Position numbers and translations under genes: made by a program
From: Octopus vulgaris
Lineage: Eukaryota
Direction: 5' to 3'
Assembly: GCA_951406725.2 (NCBI GenBank)
Contig: OX597814.1
Span: 219,852,001 to 219,916,000, forward strand
Length of the DNA stretch: 64,000 bases
In this document: in pieces, positions 52,026 through 64,000 of the stretch
Layout of the letters: the number at the start of each line of letters is the position of its first letter
Numbering within the stretch: the stretch's first letter is position 1
The notes under the pieces: model-generated
Told to the model about the DNA's origin: nothing
Database searches by the model: none
The model's input: the letters and a program-made list of their open reading frames with translations, nothing else

Positions 52026-53220
52026 TAAATTTCACCATCTTTACTGGCTGTTTTCATTGTTTAATTCTCTATCAAGCTGGCTTATAATAGGTAGTGTACT
52101 CATTTTCCCAGCAGGGCACCAATCTGAAATGTATAGATATTTGATACAGTGGTATTAGTATAATAAAAAGTGTGGAAATTATTATTCCTACTGACAGGTT
52201 TCCTGAATATAATCAGCCATAACAAAATAGTCAGAGCTCATGACTCTGGAAAATATGACCAACACTGCTTAATTTTAATTCCTTCTTGTCTGTTGTAATC
52301 TATCTAACTTAGGCAATCGATCAAAAAATATAATTTCTTATTGGGGAAGATAATAGAAAGGCATTTGTGAGTATGTGTGTGAAACAGTCTTCCATATATG
52401 TAATGTTATGTATATTACCAAAACTCTATCTTTGTCATCTATGTCACTGCATTGTGCTTCGTTAGAGCACTATTCTACCTAAGCACAAAGCAATTTCATG
52501 ATTCTAAGATAGAATTTGTAATGTTTTTACTTTCAGTATCCAATTCTTGTTTAATAAAATGGATGCTAATTTTTGAAACTTGAGAATCCCCACCCCACAC
52601 TCTGCAAATCTTACAGTTCAGCTTTTGCCTAAAACTCAAAGAAGTATATTTCCAAATTACAAAGATCCTGAGGAGTGGTTCTCAAATCTGGTTTTGGGTA
52701 GTTTTAAGTGAAGGATATATAAGTTTACTATCTATAGATCACACCAAAAAGCATTTGTCGTTACTTTAGATGCAAAAATATAAAATAAGAATACGAAAGG
52801 AATGGAGAAGTGGAATGAAAAATATTGTTTAATTATTGAAGCAAGAAGTAGATTAGTTGATATGATGTATGCAGAGGCATGAGGTGGGGTGTCGAGGAGG
52901 GAACTGGTGCATGTTGGGGCATACGTTGTGATCAATAGAGATAAAGCTCAGTTGAATGAGTGAACACACAAACATGATGGGGTGAAGGAGGGGACGCTTT
53001 GGTGCTGGTGAGGTTCAAATAATATATACTCTCTCTCTCTCTCTTTTCTCTTTTTACTTGTTTCAGTCATTTGACTGCGGCCATGCTGGAGCACCGCCTT
53101 TAATCGAGCAACTCGACCCCGGGACTTATTCTTTGTAAGCCCAGTACTTATTCTATCGGTCTTTTTTGCCGAACCGCAAAGTGACGGGGACGTAAACACA
53201 CCAGCATCGGTTGTCAAGCA

Positions 53221-55390
53221 ATAGATTCTAAACCTTGCTTCCACACCTGAAATTTCTTCTCTAGTTCTGGTAGTGATTCTGCAATGGGGGCCAGATCATC
53301 AGCACAGAGGAGCTCCCAGGGGCAACCTGTCTTGAATTCCTCTGTTATTGCCTGGAGGACTATGATGAATAAAAGGGGACTGAGGGCTGATCCTTGGTGG
53401 ACCCCTACTTCTATTTGGAATTCTTCACTATACTCATTGCCAACCCTAACCTTACAAATGGCATCTCTGTATAGGCCCTGTACAGCCCTTATTAACCATT
53501 CGGCAATCCCCAGTTTCCATATCGCCCACCACATAAGGAATCAGGGGACCCTGTCAAAGGCTTCCTCCAAGTCCACAAAAGCCAAGTATAAGGGTTTATC
53601 TCTGGCTAGGTATTTCTCCTGCAGTTGCTGCACCAGGAATATAGCATCAGTGGTGCTTCTACCTGGCGCAAAACAGAGCTGCATCTCATCTAAGCAGACT
53701 CTCTCCCTAATTGGGCTATGATCCTCTCTGTGACCTTCATCAGCTCATCCAGCAGTTTTTTTTATCCCTGTAGTTATTTCTGTCGAAAGCATCACCTTTA
53801 CCCTTGTAGCAGTTGACTATGGGGCTACTATGCTAGTCATTGAGTATCACTCAATCTGAACTACCTGGTTTACAATGTGGGTGACTAGGCCATAGCCCAC
53901 ACCACCAGATGTTTTAAGTATCTCAGCAGTGATTCCTGATGGGCCGGGATCTTTTCCTGGCTTCATACCATTAATTACTTTATCTACCAGTGTGCTGTCT
54001 ATTTGGATAGCTGGTCCCTCTACTGGGTCAACATTTGGCAGGCTCTCCTCCTCCCCTTCATTCTCCATGTTCAGCAGTCTTTCATAATGGCTTCTCCAAG
54101 CTTCTTTCTTTTCTGAATCATTAAAAGCAAGTGCACCATCATCCATGCAGATACATTTCTCTCCTGTGACATCACAATGTTCTCTCACACACTGTCTTGC
54201 AATCCTAAATGCTTCAGTTCTTTGGTCCTCACATCACTGGACATTGGAAAACTTCTTTTCTGCTTCGCCTTTTGCTATGTATACCTGTCGCCCAGCCTCC
54301 CTTCTGGCTATCTGGTACAGTTCCATGCTACTCCCACCCTTCCAGGCTTTCCAGGCCTGTTTCTTTGCTCTAATGGCCTTGTCTACTGTATTATTCCACC
54401 ACCACATAACTCTAGGTCTGGAAGGGACTTTGCACCATTCACAGACTTGGTCTCTGGCATTCAGCTACCTGTCCTATAGGAATTTCCGGCTACCTTCTAT
54501 GTCCAAGGTCTGTAGCTCCTCCTCCCTCTCATCAAATATTTTGATGAGGATGTCCCTAAATCTCTGACCACGCGAAATGTTCTTTAGCTTCCAAATCCTT
54601 CTTTTCTGGATTGGTCTGCTTCTTGGCATCCTTCTGGCCTCGAGCCTAAAGTCACTAATGACAAGTCTATGCTGGGTGGGGGGGTGCATTCTTCACCAGG
54701 GAGGGTCTTTGTATTGAAGAGCAACCCTGCATCCTGCTGTTGAGTGAGGATTAAATCAATTTGGCTGGCAGAGTTACCTGATTGATAGGTCATCAGGTGG
54801 AAGATTAAAAGGTTACCTGCATCACAGAACTCCAGTAGCCTAGTTCCCCTGTCATTTCAGGAACCAATACCATGGCCCCTGTGTACACCGGTGAAGATAC
54901 TGGATTGCAGTCCAACATGCCCATTAAAATCTCCAGCCACAAAGATGAGGTCATTGCCACTCATCTTTGAGGTAACATGTAGAAGGGTATCATAAAAATG
55001 GTCCTTCTGGTCATTTGGTAGGCCTGCTTATGGGGCATAGGCAGAGGTAATTGTAATACTGTTCTGTAGGACTAACCTGAGTTTAAGCACTCTATCGCAT
55101 ACCCTGACAACCTCTATGACTTTATCTACCCATTTCTCTGCAATTTCTCTATTCCATTCATGTTACCTTACCAGAAAATCTTATACCTATGTGCCTTGCC
55201 TGTGAAGACCCTGGCTGAAGCCCCTCTCCATCTTACCTCTTGTATACAGCATACATGTCTCCTTTCAAGCATCTCTGCAATCTCACTGGACCGACCTTTC
55301 AGTGTGCCTACATTGACAGTGCCAACTCTGAAAACTGGGAAAGGAATGTGAGGTGAGGCGTGGGGAAGAGAGATGTTATTCAGTGCCTGA
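53221..55390 (-). pseudogene. Degenerate RTE-clade LINE (APE + RT)
   Basis: VGTVNVGTL..IQEVRWRG (APE), SQIDLIL, QHRLVISDF, GVHQGSALSPLLFIIV and WELLCADDL (RT); 3' end abuts a family B SINE at about 53030-53220. Confidence 0.88.
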
Positions 55391-56007
55391 AAAGAAGAGG
55401 GAGGTTGTCGTGTTCGTTTTTTAGGTATGATTCACCTATTCTCACTTCCGACTTGACACCATTCAAACATTGAAGCGTGTTAACATTGTTGCCCCTACAG
55501 GAGGTAGGAGTAGGTCATCATTAGAAAAGGGAGTTGTATCAGACAGAGAGAGGAAGCAAGCTCATCCATACATACACACAAGCATGCACGCACGCACCCA
55601 TACACAGAGGAACAAGCACACACGTACAGTCCATTAGCTGTCTCCTTCACTTGATATGTGCATGGGAAATTACTGGGTAGTTGTTGGCATATTTCGAGAT
55701 GAAACGAACGAAACATAGTCGGTAAAGTAGGTGGGCAGCTAACCTAGTAGCATTTGTCCGAGGAGAGTGAGGGGGTGCAGGTAATATATAGAAATCAGCC
55801 CAGTGAGGAGGAGGGAATGAGAGAAGAGACATCAGGTAATGGTGGTGGGAGGAGAGAGAGATATCCGGTGTAGATGGTGAGAAGATAAAGATCGAGATAT
55901 CCGGTATTGGTGGTGGTGGTGGTAGGGCAGGCGCACCGCGAACAAGCAAAGTTTAATTTGGGGAGATGGTACGAGGAACGAATGTAGTAGTAGTAGTAGT
56001 AGTAGTA

Positions 56008-56313
56008 TGGGATTGCACCTAGAAAGTTACCCTCCTAGACACAAGTCCGGGCAAGGTTGTTTATGGAAGACCAGCAGTCGCCCATGCATACCAGCCTCCC
56101 CACTCCACGCCACCAGTGTTATCCAAGGGAAAGGCAAAGGGGCCGATACAGCTTGGCACCCGTGACGTCGCAACTCATTTCTACAGCTGAGTGAACTGGA
56201 GCAACGTGAAATAAAGTGCCTTGCTCAAGAACACAACACGCAGCCCCGTCCGGGATTCGAGCTCACAACCTCACGATCGTAAGCTCGACGCTCTAACCAC
56301 TGAGCCATGCGCC
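56008..56313 (-). mobile_element. SINE family C
   Basis: tRNA-like head GGCGCATGGCTCAGTGGTTAGAGCG..GAGCTCGAATCCCGG; (CTA)n tail. Confidence 0.8.
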
Positions 56314-56693
56314 TAGTAGTAATAATAACAATAAGAAGAAGAAGGAAGAATATACATTCGTAATGTTCATGGCGGGTGAGAAATTTGACCAGAAAAAAAA
56401 AAACGAGAAATTGCAAATTAAACAGGCCAAGAAACGAATAATTATCCTAATATAATTAGTTAGCTTCCGAGAAATTGGCTGTTAGTAAACAATACATTTA
56501 AAGTGTTAATGGCAAATGAATGTATGAAAGATCGAAAAAAACGAGAGAATGTTAACTTAGCAATGCATCATCATCATTTGGCGACTGGGCAAGAATACAT
56601 GAGAGAATGGAACGGAAGCTGCAATCGGAAGCAAGTTTAATTTGGGGAGATGGTACGAGGAACGAAACACATACACACGCGCACGGGCATATC

Positions 56694-58999
56694 TGTAGTG
56701 ATACTATAACGGTGCGCGCGCGCGCGCACCATCCATTTTCTATTTCGCGCGTGTTGGTGCCTTCACCAAGGCACAGAAAGGAAGGGCCACCACCACCGTC
56801 GCCTTTCAACACCGTCGACCTCCACATGATGTACATAGCAACTCGCTAAGTTCGTTACACTGGTGACCTCCCGACGTGATTCTGGTCTAAAACCAGAGAT
56901 CACTTATCAACAAAAAAAATCCAGTTTTTCTGCGAAGTCGGAACACGATTTAACTCTACGCATTCATCTTTCGACGATTTGTTTCCGGCCACCACAAACA
57001 GTTGTAGAAGGAGCCTCTTTCTTATTCTACAGCCATGATGACGAACGCCATCACATCATCGATGCCTTTTCTCCACCTTCGTCATCGCTATCGTCGTCTG
57101 TCTACTTCACGTCGTCGCTATCTTCGTCGCCATCATCACTAAGAACGATGTTGTCTCAAGTCCACTACAGTCGCCTTCCACCACCACCGTCGCTTTTCAA
57201 CACCGTCGACCTCCACAAGATGTACATAGCAACTCGCGGAACTTTAGCGTGCACGCTGTATTGTGCATATGCCCACCAAGGATTTACAGCACCGTCTATC
57301 TACGAGATTCTTCTGTTCCAGTTAACATGTCACAGCATCGAAGCTACAACCGCTACACATTGTGTTCAACCGGCATCTGCATTTTGTGATTTCAACATTT
57401 CTGTTACAGAACGAACTGCTATTGTGCTTCAGGCTATTACAGACTGGTAAATTAATTCTTGTCTGGAATAGCCTTGAGAGACATTTTTTCTATGCGCTGT
57501 ATTTTTTATATTTTTGCTCGCATTCACCTTGTATGTATTTCTGTCGCACACACGTACACACACATAAATGCTCTCTCTCACATACATACGTCACACATGC
57601 TTTTCTCGCTTGTTTGTTCCATGCTAAATTTGCCTTTTGTGGACACCCCTCATTTCTATAGACCCTAGGTCGGTCACGTATACATAGAGAGGGTTGTTTG
57701 TCCATTATAACGCGCCAGCATGTCATACCTTTGTTCCTGTACGAACGAGGCATATAATCGCTCAACCACTGGCATATTCTTGCTGTTTTTCGGTCTGGCA
57801 AGCACTATTGCATTTCATGCGCCTTTGCTTCGCATCGTGTACTTGGCTTGTTTTTTTTGCAACACGTTTGCGCTAGCTTAATTCTTTTCCCGACTCATAG
57901 GACGTCGGATGTTCACATGCGCTGCGCCATGTTTAGGCGTAATTATTTTTCCCTGTTAGACCACTGTTGGTCACGTAATTAACAGAAAATTATCTGTGTC
58001 GCGCATCACACCAGCATGTTTGCACTTTTGCCTTTTGTGTTACTAGCGAGCTTCTGTCAATTCCATTTCCTCTCCTGCAGCAATTGATTTAACTGCTATT
58101 TCGCAGGATCAACTACCTTTAGAGAAGTTGGATTTTAATTTCGCCTAGGTTCATTAACTGTGAGTTCTGCCTTTTCTTCCGCTTCCTTCAGCGGAAGGTT
58201 CTATACTTTGTGACGTATACACTTTCATGCATGCACTCTTGATTTTTGCTCATTGAGTATTTTTTCTCTTTTTCCTTTAGTAAATTTCTTGTGTATGTTA
58301 TAAATTTTGTCATTATATTATTGTGTGCTATTTGGTTGTCTGGTGTCCACCTTGAGTTTTGCAGTCACTACAATAAGTTTCCTTTCGTGCGTACGCACTG
58401 GAGGGGAGCCTTGTAGTGATACTATAACGGTGCGCGCGCGCACCGTCCATTTTCTATTTCGCGCGTGTTGGTGCCTTCACCAAGGCACAGAAAGGAAGGG
58501 CCCTCTCGCGCATGCGCGAACCACCGGAAGCACGACCCTGGCCAAGGAAGGGGGTCGTAGGACGTTTGACCGCTAGCAGCAGCAGCGGCGACTTGGGACG
58601 GCAGCGATTGAACGCGGCGGTCACGCATATTTTCTCTCCGTTCGAACTTGCTTCTAGCAGTCCTTACCAAAAGGCCTTTAACCAAATTGTTGCAGACCAA
58701 CATCGTCTCCATTGTTCGACGCCATCTTGAACCCGTTCTGTTTTTGCGGCTGAATATTGTAAATATTACAATCGATTAACTTTCAGCCTTGCGCGCCCAG
58801 AACCAAGGACATCAGATAACACACTTATTGTTATTGTTACCAAGAAAGAGAATAAAGTAGTTATATATATTTTACGTCTGCGTGTTGTTGTTTCTGACTA
58901 GTAGAATTCTGGATTATTAAAGCAACGGCTAGTGAGTGATTGCTTTCTTGTACCCCGAAAGAACAAGACAAGATATTCACTCACATTAAGTTCGTTACA
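56694..58999 (+). mobile_element. Non-autonomous LTR retrotransposon (Gypsy-like) with tRNA-Trp PBS
   Basis: LTRs TGTAGTGATAC...TAAGTTCGTTACA at 56694-56859 (rearranged) and 58412-58999; PBS TGGTGACCTCCCGACGTGAT at 56861; PPT GGAGGGGAG at 58400; no pol ORF. Confidence 0.8.
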
Positions 59000-59865
59000 C
59001 AATCTATACACAAGCCACGGCAGGTAGCTGGCAGAATCGTTAGCTCGCTGGGCCAACTGCTTCACGGTATTTCGTCCGTCTTTCAGGTTTGAGTTCAAAT
59101 TCCGCCGAAGTCAACTTTGCCTTTCATCCTTACGGGGCTGGATAAAATAAATACCAGTTAATCACTGCTGCCGATGTAATCGACTCAACGTCTTCCCCGA
59201 AATTCATTTACTTGGTTCAGTCACGTGTGTATGTATCCTGCCTATGACCTTAAGTTGCATCCAGTTGTGGGACCTTGGTTCGGAAGTTCTAGGGTTTTGA
59301 TGAGTATGGAAACACTTCTTAGCCACTATTTATTCCAAGGTCTACCTTGACCCGAATCAGCAGCACCTATCAGGGTTCCAGCTGTGTGTTTGCTTCTATA
59401 TCGACAACTCAATGTGAAGGGCCTCTAATTCCCATTAGAACTTCCTTCCTACAGAAGGTAAACTCGTATCAGAAAAACCCGAAGTGCAAGTGCAGTTGTT
59501 TTATGCTTCTCTGAACCTGAGTTGTACCACAGGTTTTAAGAGCTGATTGCGTTGAAAAGTGGGTTCAGTACTCTGCAACACTTTTATCCACTCAAAACAA
59601 ATTCACCCTTGGGAACTTCTTGGAATCTTGAGTCTAACAAGTGGTCTTTCCCGGTCACGAGTTGACTTCCACCACCATACATACATGCATGCACGCACAC
59701 ACATATATACATACATATACAAATATATGAGTATATATATGTGTGTGTGTGTATATATATAAATATATATATATCTATACAAATATATATATACACACAC
59801 ACACATATATATACTCATATATTTGTATATGTATATATATATATATATATATATGTATATACACT

Positions 59866-59936
<71 letters not shown>

Positions 59937-61006
59937 CAAAGTGAAGTTGTAAGGTACCGCACGAGTGGAAATATATATGAAAGAAGTTTTGAAAATGCAA
60001 TTTTAAAGATGTTTATTTACTTGACCTGTTTTCACTTTTTTAGAAAAAGATTGTCAAAAGTAAAATGTAAAGCTTTGCATAAGATTTGTTGCGTTAAGTA
60101 CTGGTTGTCACAAAAGTATTAAAATACATATATACATTCTATGATAATAATAAGAAAATGTTTAAAACAGTTTACAGGAAAAATCTTGAGAAAATATTAA
60201 AAACGTTCGTTAAAAATATTAGGATTTCATTAAAAATCATGTCTGTTTGGAAGTATCTATATATATATATATATATACACAGAAAATTATATGTTCAAAA
60301 AGGTCATATTTTTGTGGTATATATACACAGAAAGAGATATATTTAGGAGTTTACAAAGAATTTGAGATGAATTGACCTGTTTTACCAGTTTATCGTAAAA
60401 GGCTATTTACTATCTTAAAGGATAGTGGGAGGTTGGATTGGGTGGGGGGAAGGAAGAGCAATATGGAATTGAAAGGATTTTTTTGTTTCTCTTTCAAGGT
60501 TCAGTGGTTTTGGCGATTGGTCTTAGAGGTCAGAATGGTGTGAGGGTGTGTGTCTGTATGTGTGTATGTATACATGTGTTTGTGTATATGTGTGTGGGCC
60601 GCTCTTGATTGGTCCCAGGGTTTATTTTTGTGTGTGCGCATGTGTTTGTTCGCGTGTGTGTATGTGTGCGTCTGTACTTAAACAGGACACAACACACACA
60701 CTCACATACACACACATAACATCCCCACCAACACAAAAAAACATACAAACATACAGACGCACACACTCACACACACGACAAGATAACAATACATTTTTAT
60801 CGTTACAACTGTTGAGACCGACATTTCATAGTAGTGCTGACTATTCAATCTGTCCCGCTACAGTTGGTGACGTTCGACTGCAACTAAAAACTTTATTGTT
60901 ACTAATTGGATTGTTCCACCGTGGAAAAAGTTCTGTTGCAGTGTTAATTTAAATTTGGCTATGGTGGATCGAATCCACTTCATGCTTGCAGGATCCACTA
61001 CATCTA

Positions 61007-61390
61007 TATTGAGTCATCCCGTAAATAATGCGTTTTTTTTTATACTTCCCCTTCATTTTTTACAATGCTTTTCCATCTATTTGGTAGACTTGCAAGGCCC
61101 CTCTTCCAAAATTCACTTGTCCGTGACGAAAAATACTCATCCAGTACTGACTTCATCTACAGAATTCATATTTTTTTTCCGTCCAAATGATTTTGAAGAC
61201 AACGGAATAAATGATAATCAGATGGAGCAATGTCCGGCGAATATGGTGGGTGAGGTATCGTTTCCCATTCAAACTGCTCCAGCCTTTGGAATGTCATCCT
61301 CGCTGCATGTGGCCGAGCATTATCCCGATGGAAGAATACCTTTCGTCTTGAAACTAAAGATGGTCGTTTTTCTTCTAGCGCTGACTTAAG
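61007..61390 (-). pseudogene. mariner transposase 3' fragment with TIR
   Basis: FHRDNARPH..T.QRL..FEWETIPHPPYSPDIAPSDYHLF (DD34D mariner motifs); TA followed by TIR-like TTGAGTCATCCCGTAAATAATGCG. Confidence 0.88.
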
Positions 61391-61682
61391 CTTATATGGT
61401 TCAAATGTAGAGAAAAGAAAAGACAAAGAAGGGCGAAGGGACAACATGCAGGTGTATCAGTTTGACACTCGGGAAGAATGGAAAAGTCTTTGACGTTTCG
61501 AGCCTCACACTTCGACTGAAAAGGATAGAAGGCAAGAAAAATGAAAAAAGAGAGGAAGAAAAAAACTGATGTATATGTACGGGCGCGCGTGTGTAGACGA
61601 GTGAGTGGGTAAATCGTAGGAAGGACACTCAACACATTTATTGGGATTTACAAGTATGGATCAAACTGTTTTGATCCATATA

Positions 61683-61741
<59 letters not shown>

Positions 61742-62397
61742 AAAAAAGCAACAAGAATGGATTAAAATCTCGGTACGATCGTTTCGTACGAGGACATCTT
61801 TAATAAGCTACAAAAAATGCAGTGAATACAGATGGCTCGTACTCGTCAGCCGAAAAAACATCAGGGAATTCCCAAACATCAAAAGGGGTAGATACAAAAG
61901 AGGTTGTAAGATTAACTGCATTGAAGAAAGTTCGATTCATGGAGATCCGATGAAAGGTTTTAAACTTACAGAATTTGTGCATGTCTACATATAGCTCATA
62001 TTGAATTTTTAATCAAGTTGTGTGAAGAAATTTTCGGATACAGTCATGTAAAATTTCTGAAAATCCGAGTAAGAGGCAAAGTGACTGCCATATCATGTAG
62101 AGGAAGGTCTGAGTAAAAGCAAAGTGACTGTCATATCGTGTAGAGGAACAGATTGTTATTGAAATTTACAAGAATCGCAGATAAGTTCGATTCTTGGAGA
62201 TCCGATGAAAAGTTTTGAACTTACAGAATAAGTGCATGTCCTTATAGTTCATAATCCATTTTTGAGAAGATATTTAGGGTACAATCATGCGAAAAATATC
62301 AGGGAATCCGAATGAGAAGCAAAATGACAGTCTTATATTGTAGCGGTTCAGGTTGTTAATGAATTTTACAAGAATCACAGAGAGAGGAGGAAGGAAG

Positions 62398-62774
62398 TAA
62401 AAATTTAATCAGTTACTGCTATTTAAGCTGTCAAAGAGAAAGGAAAGGGGAAGCTAAGGGGATGGACACAAGTTGATACTAACAGAAAATCTAAGCTTGT
62501 TTAGTGCAAAATTCGAACTGAGGTCAACAATTTCTTTCTTTATTTATAAATGTTACTATTAATAGAATGTCAGGTTACAATGAGGTCATTAAAAAGGAAA
62601 GAAAAGAAAAATGGGGTTGTTTTTAAATGAAATCAAACAATTTGTTGACCTCAGTTCGAATTTTGCACTAAACAAGCTTAGATTTTCTGTTAGTATCAAC
62701 TTGTGTCCATCCCCTTAGCTTCCCCTTTCCTTTCTCTTTGACAGCTTAAATAGCAGTAACTGATTAAATTTTTA
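62398..62774. repeat. 133-bp inverted repeat with 111-bp spacer
   Basis: 62398-62530 is the reverse complement of 62642-62774; no mismatch seen by eye. Confidence 0.9.
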
Positions 62775-62916
62775 ATCCATTCTTGTTGCTTTTTTCCTAT
62801 TTGTAATCACCCCACTTGTCGTATGGTTAACACCATATAGATTTCCGGTGCATCCTAGTTAAGGACCATAATCATGTGAATTCTTTAGAATTCACTTGAA
62901 TCTCAATTACCTAACC

Positions 62917-63033
<117 letters not shown>

Positions 63034-63423
63034 ATTGAAGTAGATAAATGAATTATCTTATTACGGATTATTCAAATGATAACCGACACCTGGGTAGCAA
63101 AAATCACAACAGAAAAGCACGGTTGAGGTTACGACCATGGGGCCTAAAATCCGTGCCTTAGTGCGGAAATTTGAAGTTTTATATATTTAGTGTAGGAAGA
63201 AATGGAGCTGAACGAAGATTTAACAAAATTCCTTTTTATTATTTTCCACATATGTTTCAAAGGCTGCAAAGTCCCTAATTCGGATTGAATAAGGAGTCCA
63301 TTTTGCAGCCTTCTCTTCTCCAACAAAATGCACAGCAAGCTTTTCGACAAACGCTCACGAGGAGCCCATGGAATAAATGGCACAAACTGTCTATCACTAT
63401 GCGTTGACGCCAGGCTGGGTGAA

Positions 63424-64000
63424 AGCCGACGAGAAAGTCCGTTGAGATAATTCAAGGTCAAAATCCGGTTAACAGAAGGGGAGTGCAGGAAAATCAAAGA
63501 GTGTGAATGTATTCTGTATGACTGGTGTTAATATTTTAATTGTTTTAAGAGTGGGATTGGTTTCCGATATTAATACAGCGTTTCCGATATTAATACAGCG
63601 TTCTTAAATTTGTAAGGGGATATCACTCCCCTGTTAGTGTAAGAACTGCTAGTTATCTAGAACTGCTGTCAGGGATGTCACTGTATCCTGCCATGACCAT
63701 TGTTGACACCTCTCTATCAACTGGTTACAGACGAACACACAGACACAGTCTTTTCTGTTGCTTGACCATTAATATCTGCTATATCTCTTTCCCTTGATGC
63801 CTTCTAAACACACTGTCACACATACATAGACGCACACACACATACATGAAAACAATTTCTCACACTCAAACACTCTTAAAACAATTAAAATATTAACACC
63901 AGTCATACAGAATACATTCACACTCTTTGATTTTCCTGCACTCCCCTTCTGTTAACCGGATTTTGACCTTGAATTATCTCAACGGACTTTCTCGTAGACT
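63424..64000. repeat. Inverted repeat of at least 130 bp running off the window end
   Basis: 63424-63553 is the reverse complement of 63871-64000, with two mismatches near the outer end. Confidence 0.9.

Noticed and set aside
55942-56666. ~37-bp direct repeats (55942 and 56630) as LTRs
   Set aside because: No TG..CA ends, PBS or PPT; at most a long TSD or local duplication.
61480-61530. Hammerhead-like GGCTCGAAACGT on the minus strand
   Set aside because: No recognisable CUGANGA box remains; too degenerate to call.

Overview
AT-rich, repeat-dense eukaryotic genomic DNA. The SINE families and the abundant (TA)n/(CA)n/(TAA)n tracts resemble an octopod cephalopod genome (inference from recall, not searched). 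The only convincing host coding segment is a ~2.5-kb minus-strand exon (9366-11897) of an unidentified Ser/Asn/Lys-rich protein. The rest is mostly decayed mobile DNA: hAT, piggyBac and mariner transposase remnants, MITEs, a foldback element with TTAGGG-like repeats, Helitrons, CR1-, RTE- and R4/Dong-type LINEs, a non-autonomous LTR element with a tRNA-Trp PBS, Penelope-like remnants with degenerate hammerhead motifs, and many tRNA-derived SINEs. The standout is a family of non-LTR retroelements with L1/Tx1-type ORF1 and no ORF2 in any complete copy. They insert at one position (AAGTAGCTTGCTT) in the tRNA-like head of one SINE family. Four insertions are stacked head-to-tail at 19696-24606 and a fifth splits a complete SINE at 34318-36346. 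A related ORF1+APE element at 40534-42720 is a candidate autonomous relative.
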